DNA of 63,475 bases, the filler included, from Octopus bimaculoides (lineage: Eukaryota), in NCBI RefSeq assembly GCF_001194135.2. It is 5 parts of 4 records of this genome, joined end to end, with 100 filler letters (N's around TTAATTAATTAA, not from the genome) between each part and the next. Parts side by side here need not be neighbours in the genome. Positions count along the whole stretch, not along the records: positions 52,486 to 63,475 come from NC_068984.1; 4 more parts are not named here. One strand, written 5' to 3'. The stretch's first letter is position 1; each line of letters starts with the position of its first letter. Of the stretch, positions 60,617-63,475 are shown one piece after another. The translations under genes and the position numbers were made by a program. The notes under the pieces are model-generated. The model was not told where the DNA came from, ran no database searches, and was given only the letters and a program-made list of their open reading frames with translations.

Positions 60617-63135
60617 ATGGAAGGTTTACTAGCTTCAGTAATTGAATTACAGAAACAACAACAACAGTTGTTGGAATTTCAGAAATCTAGTTCATTCACC
60701 CTTGACACTGTCACAAACTCAATCGGAGAGTTTGCATATAACCCAGAGGAGGGTACTACCTTCCCTGCTTACTTTAGAAGGTATGAGGAAATTTTCTGAG
60801 AAGAACGCTATGACTGGCAAGAGGAGAAAAAAACTTAACTTTTGTTGAGAAAGTTGGCACCAGCTGAGCATAAGTATTGCAATTACATATTACCAAAGAA
60901 ACTGGGTGAAGTCTGTTTTGAAGAAACAGTAAATATTCTATCAAAGATTTTCAGCGAAAAAGCTCTTTACTCAATATACATGCTGGCAATGCTTGAATAT
61001 TACAAAAAAAAGAGAATGAAGATTTTATTACATTTGCTGGAATCATTAATAAGGAATGTGAGAAATTTAAAATTAATGAACACCAGATGTGTATAAATGT
61101 TTAATTTTCATGCAAGGTTTAACAGCAAAGAAAGATACAGAAATTCATAACCGAATATTGACTGAATTAGAGCAGAATCAGAAGCTAACACTACAAGAAA
61201 TATCTGAGGAATGCCAGAGAATAATAAGCCTAAGGCACGATACAGAACAAATTGAAATGAGAAACTGCTCTTATGTATAGTCAGTGGGACCAAAAGTAAG
61301 AATTGGAAAGCAGAAAATTAACCCATGTTTTGGATGTGGAGAATTACACTACAGATTCAATTGTCCTTATAAAAATCAAAAATGCTTCAAGTGTGCTAAG
61401 ATAAGTCATAAAAAAATTACACTGTAAAACAAAACCTACAAAATGATTCAACAGAAAAAATCATGTAAACAGTTTATCAGCAACAAGAAATACAAACGAG
61501 ACTCAATGGAAATTTGTGTATGTAAAAATTAATAACATGGATGCAAAATTACAGTCAGATATAGGTAGTGACATTACTTGAATTAATTAACACACATAGA
61601 AAACAATCAAGAAACCTACACTACAGAAAACTTTGAAGATTGCATGAGGAGCCAAACAAATTAAATTAATTTTTAAAGGCGAAATTTTGCAGTAAGACTA
61701 TAAAAGCGAAAGCTTATGTATTAAAAAATGCAAGCAACCTTTTTTGGAACTGACTGATGGAACTGTTCAATTTATGGGATTTACCCATAAATAATTTTTG
61801 TAAAAATGTAATGGGGTCATGCACCAGTTCTAATACAGAGTCAGAACATTTAAAAAAAGAAACGCAAAAAAGACAGACTGGAAACAATGGGAGTGATTCA
61901 AAAGATTGACTTTTCAGATTAGGTGTTTCCAACAGTGTTTGTAAAAAAGAACAATAAGATTTGTGTATGTGCAGATTTCTTGACGGGACTAAATGAATGT
62001 TTAAGACAGTATAACTACCTATTACCTAGCCCAGAGGAAATCTTCTTGAAATTAAAGTGTTAAATTGTTCTTGAAATTAGATCTTTTTGGTGCTTACTTA
62101 CAAATACAAGTGGAAGATGAATGTACTAAGCTGCTAGCAATTAATACCCATAAAGATCTGTACAAATTTGACTGGCTCCTGTTTGGCATAAAAATTATAC
62201 AACAAGTGATGAATGCAATGCTTGCAGAGTGTAACTTCACGATGGCCTACTTGGATGAATTATTAATTAGAAGTGAATCCCATAATCAGCATGTCGAGCA
62301 TGTGAAATGTGTTTTTTGTAAAAATAAGAGATTACAGTTTCAAACTGGGTGAGGAGAAATGCAAATTTTTCTTGCCTAAATTTAAGTACTTAGGACAAAT
62401 TATTGATAAGAATGGTCATCCATCAGATCCATCAAGGGCAGATGCGATTAAAAATATGCCCCCTTCGACAAATATATCTACCTCACAAGCTTTTTTGAGA
62501 CTTGCAAACTATTACTAAATATGCACAAGATAAGAGCTCCACTAAGTAATTTACTGAAAAAAAGATGTAAAGTTGAATTGGTCTGAAAATTGTCAGAAAG
62601 CGTTTGTTGAAATTAAAAAGATATTGACTTCAAATTTGTCTTTAGCACATTTCAATCCTGCATTGGAGATTGTATTAGCTTCAGATGCCAATGAGTATGG
62701 TATTGGAGCAGTAATTCTACATAACTATGAGGATGGTGATGAAGGCCGTGACTCATACCTCATATTCTCTACTACCAGCAGAGAAAAATTACAGCCAAAT
62801 TGAAAAAGAGGTGCTAGCAATTATTTTCGCTGTAAAAAAATTTCATAAATTCTTACACAGTAGAAACTTTTGACTACAGATTTTCCATTGTCCATTATTA
62901 TCTATATATGGGTCGAAGAAAGAAATTCCTACCCATACTGCTAATAGGTTGCAATGCTGGGGTATTATTTTACTAAATTATGATTTTAAGATGGCATTTA
63001 TACCACCTAAGAAATTAGGGCATGATGATTGTTTATCAAGATTGATACCAAAGAATACTGAGCTGTTTGAGGATACTATGATTGCAGCATTGCAAGCAGA
63101 AAAAGAAATTAAAAATATTTTATGTAATGTTGTAT
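60617..63135 (+). mobile_element. decayed Ty3/Gypsy LTR retrotransposon gag-pol (K02A2.6-like type)
   Basis: Gag-like FAYNPEEGTTFPAYFRRYEEIF and CFGCGELH knuckle region; RT LKLDLFGAYLQI...AYLDELLI...KFKYLGQII; RNase H VLASDANEYGIGAVILH...YSQIEKEVLAIIFAVKKFH; multiple stops and frameshifts; LTRs not identified. Confidence 0.85.
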
Positions 63136-63149
63136 TTTATGTAATTGCC

Positions 63150-63475
63150 TGCTACATTGGTGAAATTGTTGAGATGCTTGAACGGAGACGCGTAGATATG
63201 TGCTGCATCCAGGAAGTAAGATGGAGAGGAGGTTCCTCACAGGCAAAGAACACAGGTACAAGATTTTCTGGGCAGGGAACACTGACGGGGTCGGGGCGTA
63301 GGAATACTTCTAGCGGAGAAATGGGTGGATAAAGTAATCGAGGTCGTTAGAGTAAGTGTCAGAGTACTTAAGATCAGACTAGTGCTTCATCATAGATTAG
63401 CTACTGTCATCTCAGCCTATGCACCTCAACCGGGGCTACCAGATGGTCTGAAAGACCAATTCTATGACACCCTCT
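63150..63475 (+). mobile_element. RTE-clade LINE endonuclease N-terminal region, adjoining or interrupting the Gypsy element
   Basis: EIVEMLERRRVDMCCIQEVRWRGG...GILLAEKWVDKVIEVVRVS...VISAYAPQPGLPDGLKDQFYD. Confidence 0.85.

Overview
AT-rich, microsatellite-saturated animal genomic DNA with many N gaps. The repeat families resemble those I recall from octopus (coleoid cephalopod) genomes; this is recall, not a search result. Four artificial linkers (44 N + TTAATTAATTAA + 44 N at 10140, 28125, 47046, 52430) split the window into five pieces whose adjacency may not be biological. Nearly all supplied ORFs are microsatellite read-throughs or decayed transposon fragments: RLE-type (R4/Dong-like, HERO-like), RTE, Tx1, CR1/L2-like, Penelope-like, Ty3/Gypsy, mariner and hAT, plus several SINE and MITE families. 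The main host gene is missed by the ORF track. It is a minus-strand leucine-rich-repeat gene, seen as six intact 72-nt, phase 2-2 exons (34003-46816). The exons come in acidic (A) and basic (B) types, mostly alternating, and arose by tandem duplication of an exon-intron unit already carrying mariner (and probably Tx1) remnants. Other highlights are a canonical type I hammerhead ribozyme (29036-29094) inside a ~352-bp direct-repeat-bounded, hairpin-rich retrozyme-like unit, a second degenerate hammerhead-like fold (~9047-9079), a pre-miRNA-like hairpin (48996-49050) and a MITE with perfect 37-bp TIRs and an 8-bp TSD. Everything was read by eye. Exon, ribozyme, hairpin and TIR coordinates were counted exactly; other repeat boundaries are approximate (about +/-30 bp).
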